Assembly (NCBI GenBank): GCA_049288935.1
Contig: JBAQIQ010000079.1
Coordinates: forward strand, 4,339 to 68,338
From: Candidatus Competibacteraceae bacterium
GTDB taxonomy: Bacteria > Pseudomonadota > Gammaproteobacteria > Competibacterales > Competibacteraceae
Direction of reading: 5' to 3'
Length of the DNA: 64,000 bases
Part shown: in pieces, positions 38,301 through 47,963 of the stretch
Layout of the letters: every line of letters starts with the position of its first letter
Numbering within the stretch: the stretch's first letter is position 1
Program-made: the position numbers and the translations under genes
The notes under the pieces: generated by a model
Seen by the model: only the letters and a program-made list of their open reading frames with translations
Database searches by the model: none
What the model was told of the DNA's origin: nothing

Positions 38301-38552
38301 TCAGAGCGTCTCACCACCATTGATGTCGTCGGGCGCCAAGCTCAGTCGAACGTTGCGCGCCGGCACGACCGTGGAAATGGCGTGTTTGTAAATCATCTGG
38401 CTCACACTGTTCTTCAGCAGCACTACAAATTGATCGAAAGATTCGATCTGACCCTGCAACTTGATGCCGTTCACCAAGTACACCGAGACGGGAATCCGCT
38501 CTTTACGCAAAGCGTTCAGAAAGGGTTCCTGGAGAGAATGACCTTTTGCCAT
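38301..38552 (-). CDS. hfq: RNA chaperone Hfq
   Basis: [62 protein letters not shown]. Confidence 0.97.
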   Translation of the reverse strand: MAKGHSLQEPFLNALRKERIPVSVYLVNGIKLQGQIESFDQFVVLLKNSVSQMIYKHAISTVVPARNVRLSLAPDDINGGETL

Positions 38553-38795
38553 TGCGACGCTCCCTTGTTGTTATGAACCGTTTATTTCAATCCGCGCATG
38601 CCAGTAATAGCAGGCGAACGTTAGCGGAGGAAGAAGCACGATACGTGCCTGATTCCCAAGATTCTCAGCCGGAGAATGTTCACCACGTTCCCGTGATGTG
38701 TTGTCGGTGAGGATCCTAAAGTTCCGAAGGGCGCTGCAACCCTGCCCAGCAGTAACAGCCTCCGCAAAGCTGCAGATATTAACACAGCGGTTTCG

Positions 38796-39749
38796 TCATG
38801 TCGGGAAAAACCGGGTTTTACGCAAATGGATCATGAGTTGTTCTAACCTATCAGACGCTGTGCTGTCCAGCCAAAACGCGCTAGGTTCCGATCGTAGCCA
38901 GGTCAGTTGCCGTTTGGCGAACTGCCGGGTCGCCACGACCCCCCGCTCGATCATCGCCGGATAATCGAGGGCGCCTTCCAAATACTCCCAGACCTGCCGA
39001 TAACCGACGGCCCGCATGGCGGGTTTATTTCGATCAAGCTCACTTCTGGCCCGCAGTCGCTCCACTTCAGCGACAAAACCCTGCTCCAGCATCACCCGAA
39101 ACCGCTGTTCAATCCGCTCATGCAAGACCTGCCGATCAGCAGGCGCCACCCTCAGTTTGATGATCCGAAAAGGCAATGATTCGTTATGCGAATCCTCACA
39201 AAGTTCCGTTAACGATTGACCGGTCAGTTCATAAACCTCCAACGCCCGTTGTATCCGCTGTGCGTCATGCGGGTGGATGCGCGCCGCTGCCACAGGATCA
39301 ATTCGCGCCAACTGGTTGTGCAAAGTCGCGCCGCCCTGTTCAGCCCACGCCGTCGCCAGCCGGGCGCGCACCGCCGGATCAGCAGAGGGTAACACCGCCA
39401 GGCCCCGCTCCAGCGCCCTGAAATAGAGCATCGTCCCGCCCACCAATAGGGGGAAACGTCCAGCCGCCTGAATAGCAGCGATTTCTCGTAAGGCGTCGTT
39501 ACGAAATTGACCGGCGGAATAGGCTTCAGCAGGATCCAATAGGTCGATCAAACGATGCGGGGCGATGCGTAAAGTCCCGGCATCAGGTTTCGCTGTACCG
39601 ATGTCCATCCCTCGATAGACCAGCGCCGAATCGACACTGACGATTTCGAAAGGCAGATGTTGCACCAGTTCCACCGCCAGTGCGGTTTTACCAGTAGCGG
39701 TCGGCCCCATCAGGAACAATACAGGCGGGCGGAGATCAGCGCGGGTCAT
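38796..39749 (-). CDS. miaA: tRNA dimethylallyltransferase
   Basis: [36 protein letters not shown]. 317 aa, in mutL-miaA-hfq order. Confidence 0.95.
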   Translation of the reverse strand: MTRADLRPPVLFLMGPTATGKTALAVELVQHLPFEIVSVDSALVYRGMDIGTAKPDAGTLRIAPHRLIDLLDPAEAYSAGQFRNDALREIAAIQAAGRFPLLVGGTMLYFRALERGLAVLPSADPAVRARLATAWAEQGGATLHNQLARIDPVAAARIHPHDAQRIQRALEVYELTGQSLTELCEDSHNESLPFRIIKLRVAPADRQVLHERIEQRFRVMLEQGFVAEVERLRARSELDRNKPAMRAVGYRQVWEYLEGALDYPAMIERGVVATRQFAKRQLTWLRSEPSAFWLDSTASDRLEQLMIHLRKTRFFPT

Positions 39750-39782
39750 TTGAGTTGTTAATGACTTAAGGAAGGGTTGCCG

Positions 39783-41573
39783 TTAACGCCCGCGTCGGAA
39801 CAACCGATCCAGTTCGTCCAAGGTCAACTGAATCCAGGTGGGCCGGCCATGATTGCACTGACCGCTACGATCTGTGTGCTCCATATCACGCAGCAAGGCG
39901 TTCATTTCCAGCAAATTAAGCGGTCGGTGGGCGCGCACCGCTTCATGACAGGCCAAATTGGCCAGCCGGCCCAAAATAGCTGTTTCAGTCCGGTCGCTGG
40001 TTTCGTGCGCCGCCAGATCCGCCAGCATATCGCGCACCAGTCCCACGATATTCGACCCCGCTAGCAAGGCCGGAATTTGCCGCACGGCGACGGTGTTCGC
40101 CCCCAACAGCATCAATTCCAATCCGGCTTTCATAAACAATGCGCCATGTTCTTCAACCTGTCGCCGTTCTGGTGGGCTAACGGTCAACGTAACCGGAGTC
40201 AACAGCGTTTGCGTCTGGATTGAGCCCTCAACGAGCGCACTTTTCAGTCGTTCGTACAGGATGCGTTCGTGGGCGGCATGCATGTCCACCACCACTAACC
40301 CAACTTCATTTTCCGCTACGATATAAACGCCGTGCAACTGCCCAAGCGCGTAACCCAGTGGCGGCGCTTCAGCCACCGTTGCGGGAGGCGCGCTGACGGC
40401 AACAGGTTCAGACATGGCCGAAGGTGTATGGAGTTCACGGTAGGCCGTCATGCGCTCGGCCACCTGACCGGGCGTCGGCGATCTGGCGACGGTGAAATCA
40501 TCCATCCATCGAATGCTTGACCCTAACCGCTCGCTGGCTTGGGGCGCGGGCGGCGGCGCCGTTCCTGGACGCACTTCCGCTAAGGCGGTCTGCACGGTGC
40601 GGCGAATGAAGTCGTGAATCGCTGGCGATTCGCGAAACCGCACCTCGTGTTTAGCAGGATGCGCGTTGACATCGACCGCCGTGGCGTCGAGTTCCAGGTA
40701 GAGCACCGCCGCTGGTTGGCGATCCTGGTAGAGGATATCCTGATAAGCCTGCCGCAGCGCATGGGTAATGACCCGATCACGCACTGGCCGACCGTTGACG
40801 AAGAAATACTGCCAGTCCGCTTGAGCGCGGGAGACCGCTGGCAACCCCAGCCAACCCCAGAGCCGCAACCCGCGCTCGCTCCAGTCGAAAAATACGCTGG
40901 CAGCTACAAATTCCCGATTACACAGTTCCGCTACCCGGTGCGCCCAATGTTCCTGAGTCGTGGCAGGCTCCAAATTCAAGACCGGCTTCTGGTCGCGCCA
41001 CAAGCCGAACCCCACCTCAAACCGGCTTAGCGCCAGTCGGCGGATGCTATCTTCAATGTGACCAAATTCAGTGCGCTCGCTGCGCAAAAATTTGCGGCGG
41101 GGCGGCACGTTATAAAAAAGGTCGCGGACTTCGACCGTACTGCCCGGCGGATGCGGGGCTGGCGCTGGCGCATCCATCGTCTCGCCGCCATCGCCGCTGA
41201 CCCGCCAGCCGGTCTCCTGTCCCGCCGTGCGGGAAGTCAAGGTGAGCCGCGATACCGAAGCGATGCTGGGCAACGCCTCGCCGCGAAAGCCGAGGCTGGC
41301 AACATGCTGAAGATCGTCGAAACTGGCGATCTTGCTGGTCGCATGGCGGGTCAGCGCCAAGGCCAACTCGTCGGGCAGGATACCGGAACCGTTATCGCGA
41401 ACCCGGATCAGCCGGACGCCGCCCTGCTCCACTTCGACCATGATGCGGGTCGCGCTGGCGTCCAAACTGTTTTCCAGCAACTCCTTGACCGCTGAGGCAG
41501 GGCGTTCGACGACCTCGCCAGCGGCAATCTGGCTGACCAGTTGCGGCGGCAGACGCTGGATGTGGCTGTTCAA
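39783..41573 (-). CDS. mutL: DNA mismatch repair endonuclease/ATPase MutL
   Basis: IQRLPPQLVSQIAAGEVVERPASAVKELLENSLDA, GFRGEAL, and C-terminal CNHGRPTW. Confidence 0.95.
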   Translation of the reverse strand: MNSHIQRLPPQLVSQIAAGEVVERPASAVKELLENSLDASATRIMVEVEQGGVRLIRVRDNGSGILPDELALALTRHATSKIASFDDLQHVASLGFRGEALPSIASVSRLTLTSRTAGQETGWRVSGDGGETMDAPAPAPHPPGSTVEVRDLFYNVPPRRKFLRSERTEFGHIEDSIRRLALSRFEVGFGLWRDQKPVLNLEPATTQEHWAHRVAELCNREFVAASVFFDWSERGLRLWGWLGLPAVSRAQADWQYFFVNGRPVRDRVITHALRQAYQDILYQDRQPAAVLYLELDATAVDVNAHPAKHEVRFRESPAIHDFIRRTVQTALAEVRPGTAPPPAPQASERLGSSIRWMDDFTVARSPTPGQVAERMTAYRELHTPSAMSEPVAVSAPPATVAEAPPLGYALGQLHGVYIVAENEVGLVVVDMHAAHERILYERLKSALVEGSIQTQTLLTPVTLTVSPPERRQVEEHGALFMKAGLELMLLGANTVAVRQIPALLAGSNIVGLVRDMLADLAAHETSDRTETAILGRLANLACHEAVRAHRPLNLLEMNALLRDMEHTDRSGQCNHGRPTWIQLTLDELDRLFRRGR

Positions 41574-41588
41574 CGAGCGAACGAAGAT

Positions 41589-42782
41589 CTACTGAAGGGT
41601 CTTCTGTAGCACGTCCAGCACCTGCCGGGCGCCCACCGAGCGATCCGGCTGGTCATTGCGATCGCGCACCACCACCAGGGTTTGCGCTCCTTGCCCGGAC
41701 AACCGGACCCGATAGCGCGTACCCGGCGGCGGCGCTTCCGGCTTATTGCGCCAGAACGCCAGCTTGGATAACCAGCCATCATCGCCCGACTTCTGGCCTT
41801 CCAGTTCAGGATCGCGGTACTCGACCACATACAAACCTTGGGCGCGATTCTGCTCTTCTACCGCGTAGTTGCTGCTGTCCAGCGCCAGACCGACCCGTCG
41901 CCAGGAGCGGGAATAATCTTCACTGATCAGTAACCGGCTTTCGCCGCCCTCCTCAACTAACTGGACACGCAGCCCCGACACTGCCGCCGGCCCACCCTTA
42001 GCCTGCTGAATCTCGGTGCGCTTCTCCGCAGCCCCCAGATAGACAGTGAGCCGCTTCAGCATTTCGACTTCCAGCTCTGGGCTGGGGGGTCGTTGCTGCC
42101 ACCGGTAGGTGCTGGTGGTGCTGGCCCCGGAACCGCCGCTCGCCACTTCCTCGACGCCGTAGTGGGTGAGATAAACCTCGGTGTTCCGACCATCCGCGCT
42201 GCGCTCCAGCCGGGTACGGAATTTGTCACGGGTTGGCGCCGAGTACAATACATCCAGATACTTCTTCAACAAGCTGCGCACCCCGTCCTGGGGAATGTCA
42301 GCGCGATTCTCGACCCAGTCAGTTTCCATAATGCCGATGGTCGGATCGTCGCGTTTCAGCGCAAAGCCCGTGCTGATCCAAAATTCCCGCACCTTGGGCC
42401 AGACCTGATCGGCGGGCGCAACAACCACTAACCAGCGCTGATCGCCATCCTGTTGCACGGTGACGCCTGGCTGCGGTGGTAATACCGCTTCGGCCTGTTG
42501 CGCCTGCGGTTGTGGCCCGCCGCGCTCCTTCGCGTAAGCAGACAGGCTGGCTGAACCGGATGGATTGATCTCCGGCACGATCAGGGTATCGTCAATAGTC
42601 GATGCCGTCAGATCTGGCGGAATTTCCAGCGGTTGTGAAATCGTGCTTTGCCGGTAATCTGGCCGCCGATCCGGCAGCAGGGTATCGAAACTCTTGGAGC
42701 AACCCGACAGCGCGATCGCCACAGCAGTGACTAGCGTGGCAGTGCGCCACGGAAAATGTGAAATCTGCATGATCATAGGCAT
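41589..42782 (-). CDS. bamC: outer-membrane protein assembly factor BamC (lipoprotein)
   Basis: Lipobox AIALSGCS followed by DRRPDYRQS...LEIPPDLT. It lies directly downstream of dapA, as in other gammaproteobacteria. The start is ambiguous (ATGs at 42782, 42776, 42770), and the upstream 39 codons of the track ORF overlap dapA. Confidence 0.75.
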   Translation of the reverse strand: MPMIMQISHFPWRTATLVTAVAIALSGCSKSFDTLLPDRRPDYRQSTISQPLEIPPDLTASTIDDTLIVPEINPSGSASLSAYAKERGGPQPQAQQAEAVLPPQPGVTVQQDGDQRWLVVVAPADQVWPKVREFWISTGFALKRDDPTIGIMETDWVENRADIPQDGVRSLLKKYLDVLYSAPTRDKFRTRLERSADGRNTEVYLTHYGVEEVASGGSGASTTSTYRWQQRPPSPELEVEMLKRLTVYLGAAEKRTEIQQAKGGPAAVSGLRVQLVEEGGESRLLISEDYSRSWRRVGLALDSSNYAVEEQNRAQGLYVVEYRDPELEGQKSGDDGWLSKLAFWRNKPEAPPPGTRYRVRLSGQGAQTLVVVRDRNDQPDRSVGARQVLDVLQKTLQ

Positions 42783-43654
42783 CACAACACTCCAGCCTGT
42801 TGCATCGCTGCCCGCACCGCCGGTTGGAACTGCTCGGACAACGGCGTCAGCGGCAGGCGGATTCCGGAGGGAATCAGGCCCAGTTGGCCAACCGCCCACT
42901 TTACCGGGATGGGATTGGATTCAAGAAACAGCGCCTTGTGTAATCCAGCCACCTGGCTGTTGATCGCCGCAGTATGGGCGCGATCACCCGCCAGAGCTGC
43001 GGCGCACATCTGATGCATCAAGCGCGGCGCGACGTTGGCGGTGACTGAAATATTCCCCTTAGCACCGCTGAGGATTGCTTCAGCGGCAATGCCGTCATCG
43101 CCGCTGTAGACACTCAGTCGGTCGCCACAGCGGCGCACCAGTTCCTGGATGCGCTCCAGGGTGCTGGCTTCCTTGATGCCTATAATATTCGGGGTATCGG
43201 CCAGCCGCTCGACAGTTTCCGGTTGCATATCGCAGGCAGTGCGGCCTGGCACGTTGTAAAGAATCTGTGGAATCGCCACACGGTCGGCAATCAGCTTGTA
43301 ATGGCGGTACAACCCTTCCTGGGTTGGCTTGTTGTAATAAGGAGTGACCAGTAAGCAAGCATCCGCGCCGGCTTCCATGGCCCGCTGGGTCAGGTGCAGG
43401 GCCTCGCGGGTGGAATTGGCGCCGGTGCCGGCGATGACCGGAATCCGCCGCCTGACCAGCTCCACCACCTTGCGCACGACCGCAATGTGCTCTTCAAAAT
43501 CCAAGGTGGCCGATTCGCCCGTGGTGCCGACCGCAATGAGAGCGTCGGTCCCGTTCTCGATATGAAACTCCACCAGCCCGGCCAGCGCTATAAAATCCAG
43601 CGCCCCATCCGCCTGCATCGGCGTCACCACCGCCACCATACTGCCACGAAACAT
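42782..43654 (-). CDS. dapA: 4-hydroxy-tetrahydrodipicolinate synthase
   Basis: MFRGSMVAVVTPM, GTTGESATL, YNVPGRT. 290 aa. Confidence 0.95.
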   Translation of the reverse strand: MFRGSMVAVVTPMQADGALDFIALAGLVEFHIENGTDALIAVGTTGESATLDFEEHIAVVRKVVELVRRRIPVIAGTGANSTREALHLTQRAMEAGADACLLVTPYYNKPTQEGLYRHYKLIADRVAIPQILYNVPGRTACDMQPETVERLADTPNIIGIKEASTLERIQELVRRCGDRLSVYSGDDGIAAEAILSGAKGNISVTANVAPRLMHQMCAAALAGDRAHTAAINSQVAGLHKALFLESNPIPVKWAVGQLGLIPSGIRLPLTPLSEQFQPAVRAAMQQAGVL

Positions 43655-43823
43655 GCTTTTCTACTCCCGATCAACCCGCAATCGCCGCATGGTACGGATA
43701 GCGAGCCAGCTTGACAAGCGCCGGCCCGGACGCAACAGCCGGATGGTTTTCACCCTGACCGGATAGCGGTACACTGCAATGATTCAACTCCCTGTTGTCC
43801 TTTGCCTCTAGGAAACCCTGCCC

Positions 43824-44354
43824 GTGAAAAACTACCTGGTCATTTCCGCCTTGAGCGAAGATCGTCCCGGCCTGGTCAACGAGCTGTCCCGGGCGATCCT
43901 GGACTGCGACTGCACGATGATCGACAGCCGGATGACCGTCATGGGCGGCGAATTCGCTATCCTGCTGATGGTGCAAGGTAACTGGAATACCTTGACCAAA
44001 CTGGAAATGCAATTCAAGCGCCTGGAGCAGGCGCTGGGCATGTCCATTATCGCCAAGCGCACCGAGGGTCGGGTGCCCATCGGCGATGTCCTGCCCTATG
44101 CCGTGGAAGTGGTGGCGGTCAATCAACCCGGCATCATCCATCATCTGGCCAGTTTTTTCGCCAGCCGCTCGATCAACATTGAGGACATGGTGACGCGCAG
44201 CTACAGCGCCCCGCACACTGGCACCCCGATGTTCTCGGTCAACCTGGCCATCGGCATTCCGGCCAACACCCACATCGCCATGCTGCGCGAGGAATTCCTG
44301 GATTTCTGCGACGATCTGAACCTGGACGCCGTGCTGGAGCCCATCAAAGGTTAA
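43824..44354 (+). CDS. gcvR: glycine cleavage system transcriptional repressor (tandem ACT domains)
   Basis: YLVISALSEDRPGLVNELSRAILDCDCTMIDSRMTVMGGEFAILLMVQGNWN parallels E. coli GcvR. It is divergent from dapA, as in enterics. GTG start. Confidence 0.8.
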   Translation: MKNYLVISALSEDRPGLVNELSRAILDCDCTMIDSRMTVMGGEFAILLMVQGNWNTLTKLEMQFKRLEQALGMSIIAKRTEGRVPIGDVLPYAVEVVAVNQPGIIHHLASFFASRSINIEDMVTRSYSAPHTGTPMFSVNLAIGIPANTHIAMLREEFLDFCDDLNLDAVLEPIKG

Positions 44355-44376
44355 GGCGACTCTCCACAATAAGCTG

Positions 44377-45774
44377 ATGTCTCTCATGCCCCAACGCCGT
44401 CTGTTTGTTCTTGACACCAACGTACTGATCCACGACCCAACAGCGGTATTCCGCTTTCAGGAACACGATATTCACTTACCGATGATGGTGCTGGAGGAGC
44501 TCGATCACGCCAAAAAAGGCGTTTCCGAGGTCGCCCGCAACGTTCGGCAGGCCAGCCGATTTTTGGACGACTTGGTCGCTGGAGCCAGCCAAGAAGAGAT
44601 TGAACAGGGGCTGCCGCTGCCGGGCGCACCCGGCCCCTCGGGCCAACCGACCAGTGGCCGGCTGTACTTTCAGACTCGCCCCACCCGGCTCAGCCCATCG
44701 ATTCCGCTGCCCGGCAACGCCCCGGATAATGACATCCTGGGTATGGCGCTGACCTTGCGCCAGGATCATCCACAGTGTCAGATCACGCTGGTTTCCAAGG
44801 ACATCAACCTGCGGATCAAGGCCGCTATCCTCGGCATCCATGCGGAGGATTATTACAGCGACCAAGCGCTGGATGATGTCAATCTGCTTTATAGCGGCAT
44901 CTGCCAGCTACCCAAGGATTTCTGGGAGACCCACGGCAATGAACTCGATTCCTGGAAGGACAACAGCCGCACCTTTTACCGGGTGCGCGGTCCCGAAGTC
45001 GCCCGCTGGCATCCCAACCAAGGGCTATTTTCGGCGGATGGCAGCCCCGATTTCATCGTCCGCCAGCTTCACGGCTCCGAAGCCGTCATCGAACTGCTCC
45101 GCGACTATGTTGTGCCTAACCATGCGGTCTGGGGTATCACCGCCCGCAATCGTGAGCAGAATTTCGCCATTAACCTGTTGTTGGACAATGAAATTGACTT
45201 CGTTTCGCTGTTAGGCTCGGCAGGTACTGGCAAGACCCTGCTGACGCTGGCGGCGGGTCTGGCGCAGGTGCTGGATATCCCGCGCTATCGGGAAATCATT
45301 ATGACCCGGGTGACGGTGCCGGTCGGCGAGGATATTGGTTTTCTGCCCGGTACTGAGGAGGAGAAGATGACCCCGTGGATGGGGGCGTTGATGGACAATC
45401 TGGAGGTGTTGGCGCCAAAGGAAGGCGGGGAATGGGGCCGCGCCGCCACGGCGGATTTGCTGAGCCACCGGATTAAGATTCGCTCGCTCAACTTCATGCG
45501 TGGCCGGACCTTCCAGAATAAGTATCTCATTCTCGATGAGGCGCAAAATCTGACGCCGAAGCAGATGAAGACGCTAATCACCCGCGCCGGCCCAGGCGCC
45601 AAGGTCATTTGCCTGGGCAACATCGCGCAGATCGACACGCCCTACCTATCGGAAACCACTTCGGGCCTGACCTACGTGGTGGATCGCTTCAAGGACTGGC
45701 CACACGGAGGGCATGTCACCCTGCGGCGCGGGGAAAGATCACGATTGGCGGAGTTTGCGTCGGAGCAGCTTTAG
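44377..45774 (+). CDS. PIN-domain + PhoH-like ATPase fusion (PhoH2/YlaK type)
   Basis: N-terminal PIN (LFVLDTNVLIHDP, EELD), and a C-terminal PhoH P-loop (LLGSAGTGKTLLTLAAG) with ILDEAQNLTP. Confidence 0.85.
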   Translation: MSLMPQRRLFVLDTNVLIHDPTAVFRFQEHDIHLPMMVLEELDHAKKGVSEVARNVRQASRFLDDLVAGASQEEIEQGLPLPGAPGPSGQPTSGRLYFQTRPTRLSPSIPLPGNAPDNDILGMALTLRQDHPQCQITLVSKDINLRIKAAILGIHAEDYYSDQALDDVNLLYSGICQLPKDFWETHGNELDSWKDNSRTFYRVRGPEVARWHPNQGLFSADGSPDFIVRQLHGSEAVIELLRDYVVPNHAVWGITARNREQNFAINLLLDNEIDFVSLLGSAGTGKTLLTLAAGLAQVLDIPRYREIIMTRVTVPVGEDIGFLPGTEEEKMTPWMGALMDNLEVLAPKEGGEWGRAATADLLSHRIKIRSLNFMRGRTFQNKYLILDEAQNLTPKQMKTLITRAGPGAKVICLGNIAQIDTPYLSETTSGLTYVVDRFKDWPHGGHVTLRRGERSRLAEFASEQL

Positions 45775-45911
45775 GCGAAACCGACTCTCCGCACCGACTT
45801 TCCGACCCAGCCTCCGCCACTTTTTTCGTGTATGCTCGCTGATCAAAGCGAGTCTCCTACGGCGCTTGTTTTCAATATCACCCGTCAAACCCCGCCCGTC
45901 GCGCAAAGCCG

Positions 45912-47360
45912 TTGAACGTTTTAGCTGATCACCTGCCCGCCCTCCTCTCGATAGCCTGGCTGTTTTGGATCGCGCTGGTCGCGGTCGGGCTGATTCTGGA
46001 GCGTCGCCCGCCCGTTGCCACCCTCGCCTGGCTACTGGCCTTGCTGTTCATGCCCTACTTCGGCTTTGTCGTGTACCTGCTGTTCGGGCCGCGCCGGTTG
46101 CGCCGCCGCCGACTGCGTTATAGCCGCGCCCGCGCTCGACTGATTCAGTCCACCACCCATCGCCTGGGTCGCGATTACACCTCACTACCCGGCTTTCCCG
46201 GCACTGATTTGGAATGGCAGTTAGCCACCCTGTTGGATCGTACTCACCAGGATCAACCCGCACCGGCCCTCGACGTGACCCTGCTGGAAACCGGTGACGC
46301 CTGTTTTGCGGCGCTGGAAAACGCACTCACCGCTGCTGTCCATCATATTCATCTGGAATATTATCTATGGCAGCCCGACCCGATCGGGACGCGACTCCGC
46401 GACCTGCTGATTGAAAAAGCCCGTGCCGGCGTACAGGTGCGGCTGCTGCTGGACCCCATCGGCTCTAACCGCATCACGCGCCGCTTCCTGAAACCCCTGG
46501 AAGACGCCGGTGGCATGACAGCCTGGTTCAACCCGATCGGCCTGCGCCGGTTCCGCTGGCGACATGTCAACTTCCGCACCCATCGCAAAATTGTCGTCTG
46601 TGATGGACGCATCGGTTTCACTGGCGGTATCAACATCAGCGCTGAACACAGTCAGTCTCATCACCACACCGACACCTGGCGCGATACCCATCTACGGATC
46701 GAGGGCGAACCGGTTCACCGGTTGCAATTTATCTTCCTGGAAGGCTGGTATTTCGCCACGGATCATGCACCGTTCCAACCGGAATTTTTCCCCTCCTTCC
46801 CGGAGCATTCACGCCGCCCCTGGTTGCACATCGTCGAATCCGGCCCTGACAATGACCATCACGCCATCGCCAAATTCTTTTTCGCCGCCATCGCCGGCGC
46901 TCAGCGGCAAGTGCTGCTGGCTACGCCCTATTTCGTCCCCACTGAAGCGCTCACCACTGCGCTGATCACTGCGGCCTTGCGTGGGGTCGAGGTGCGGATT
47001 CTGGTCCCGAAACGCAGCGATTCGCGCCTGGTCACCGCCGCCGCCCGCAGCTATTACGATGAGCTGGTCAGCGCGGACGTGGCGGTCTACGAATACGGCC
47101 CGCCCATGCTGCACGCCAAGCTGCTGGCGGTGGATGAACGCATCGCAGCGGTCGGCAGCGCCAATTTCGACAACCGCAGTCTGGCGTTGAATTTTGAAAC
47201 CATCGCGGTGTTGTATGATGCAAAACTTGCCACACAACTGGCGCGCAGTTTCGAAGCGGACCTGCGCTACGCCCGCCGCTATGTCAAAACCGGTCGGCGG
47301 GCAACGCTCGGCCAGCGGCTGGGTGAGGCTACCGCCCGGTTGCTATCGCCGCTGCTGTGA
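45912..47360 (+). CDS. cls: cardiolipin synthase (PLD superfamily, two HKD motifs)
   Basis: Two N-terminal TM helices. HKD motifs HRKIVVCDGRIGFTGGINI and HAKLLAVDERIAAVGSANFDNRS. TTG start at 45912; there is no in-frame ATG nearby. Confidence 0.85.
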   Translation: MNVLADHLPALLSIAWLFWIALVAVGLILERRPPVATLAWLLALLFMPYFGFVVYLLFGPRRLRRRRLRYSRARARLIQSTTHRLGRDYTSLPGFPGTDLEWQLATLLDRTHQDQPAPALDVTLLETGDACFAALENALTAAVHHIHLEYYLWQPDPIGTRLRDLLIEKARAGVQVRLLLDPIGSNRITRRFLKPLEDAGGMTAWFNPIGLRRFRWRHVNFRTHRKIVVCDGRIGFTGGINISAEHSQSHHHTDTWRDTHLRIEGEPVHRLQFIFLEGWYFATDHAPFQPEFFPSFPEHSRRPWLHIVESGPDNDHHAIAKFFFAAIAGAQRQVLLATPYFVPTEALTTALITAALRGVEVRILVPKRSDSRLVTAAARSYYDELVSADVAVYEYGPPMLHAKLLAVDERIAAVGSANFDNRSLALNFETIAVLYDAKLATQLARSFEADLRYARRYVKTGRRATLGQRLGEATARLLSPLL

Positions 47361-47377
47361 CAGGCGGATGCGCAGAT

Positions 47378-47881
47378 TCAACCGGCGAGTGGGTAGGTTT
47401 CCCGTTCACCGTCCCTCACAAGCCGCCATTCCCGAAAGGTCGCGGCCTGCCCGCACCGCTGGCCGGTGGCATCGGTCAGGTTCCAGACCGTCGCCCGTTC
47501 GATCAGAAACCGTTGCCCGATGCGCGAAATTCGCACCCCGGAATAGTCATCAATGTAGCCTCGAGTGGTGACTTCGGCCAGCAGCCGCGCCCGTTCGGCT
47601 CGGTTGGGTGCTTCCGCCGTCAAGCGCGAGGGCATTCGGGTCAACTCCTCCCACGACAGAGCAAAGAGTTGCAGGGCGGTCCGATTGCCGTAGGTCAACA
47701 TCGGATCGGGCGCAGCGCTGTGCGACAACAGCACAAACGGAGCGTGAAACAGCGCTTCCGCCGCCGCTTCCGGTGACAGCCCCGGGTCCAGTAAATGGCG
47801 TCCGGTGAGCGTGTGGAAGGTGCGGCGTAGCTGTTCCGCATGTTCAACCTGATAGCGATTCGCCGGGCAGGGTTCAATCAC
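47378..47881 (-). CDS. stand-alone MEKHLA (PAS-like) domain protein
   Basis: 167 aa. APFVLLSHSAAPDPMLTYGNRTALQLFALSWEELTRMPSRLTAE...ERARLLAEVTTRGYIDDYSGVRISRIGQRFLIERATVWNL matches my recollection of the MEKHLA domain consensus. Confidence 0.65.
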   Translation of the reverse strand: MIEPCPANRYQVEHAEQLRRTFHTLTGRHLLDPGLSPEAAAEALFHAPFVLLSHSAAPDPMLTYGNRTALQLFALSWEELTRMPSRLTAEAPNRAERARLLAEVTTRGYIDDYSGVRISRIGQRFLIERATVWNLTDATGQRCGQAATFREWRLVRDGERETYPLAG

Positions 47882-47963
47882 CAGCGACTCCTGGACAGCC
47901 CGACGGATAGCAACACGGCTCTATATCTTTCTTTAGCAACTGAAGTCTATAAGAAAATTGGGC

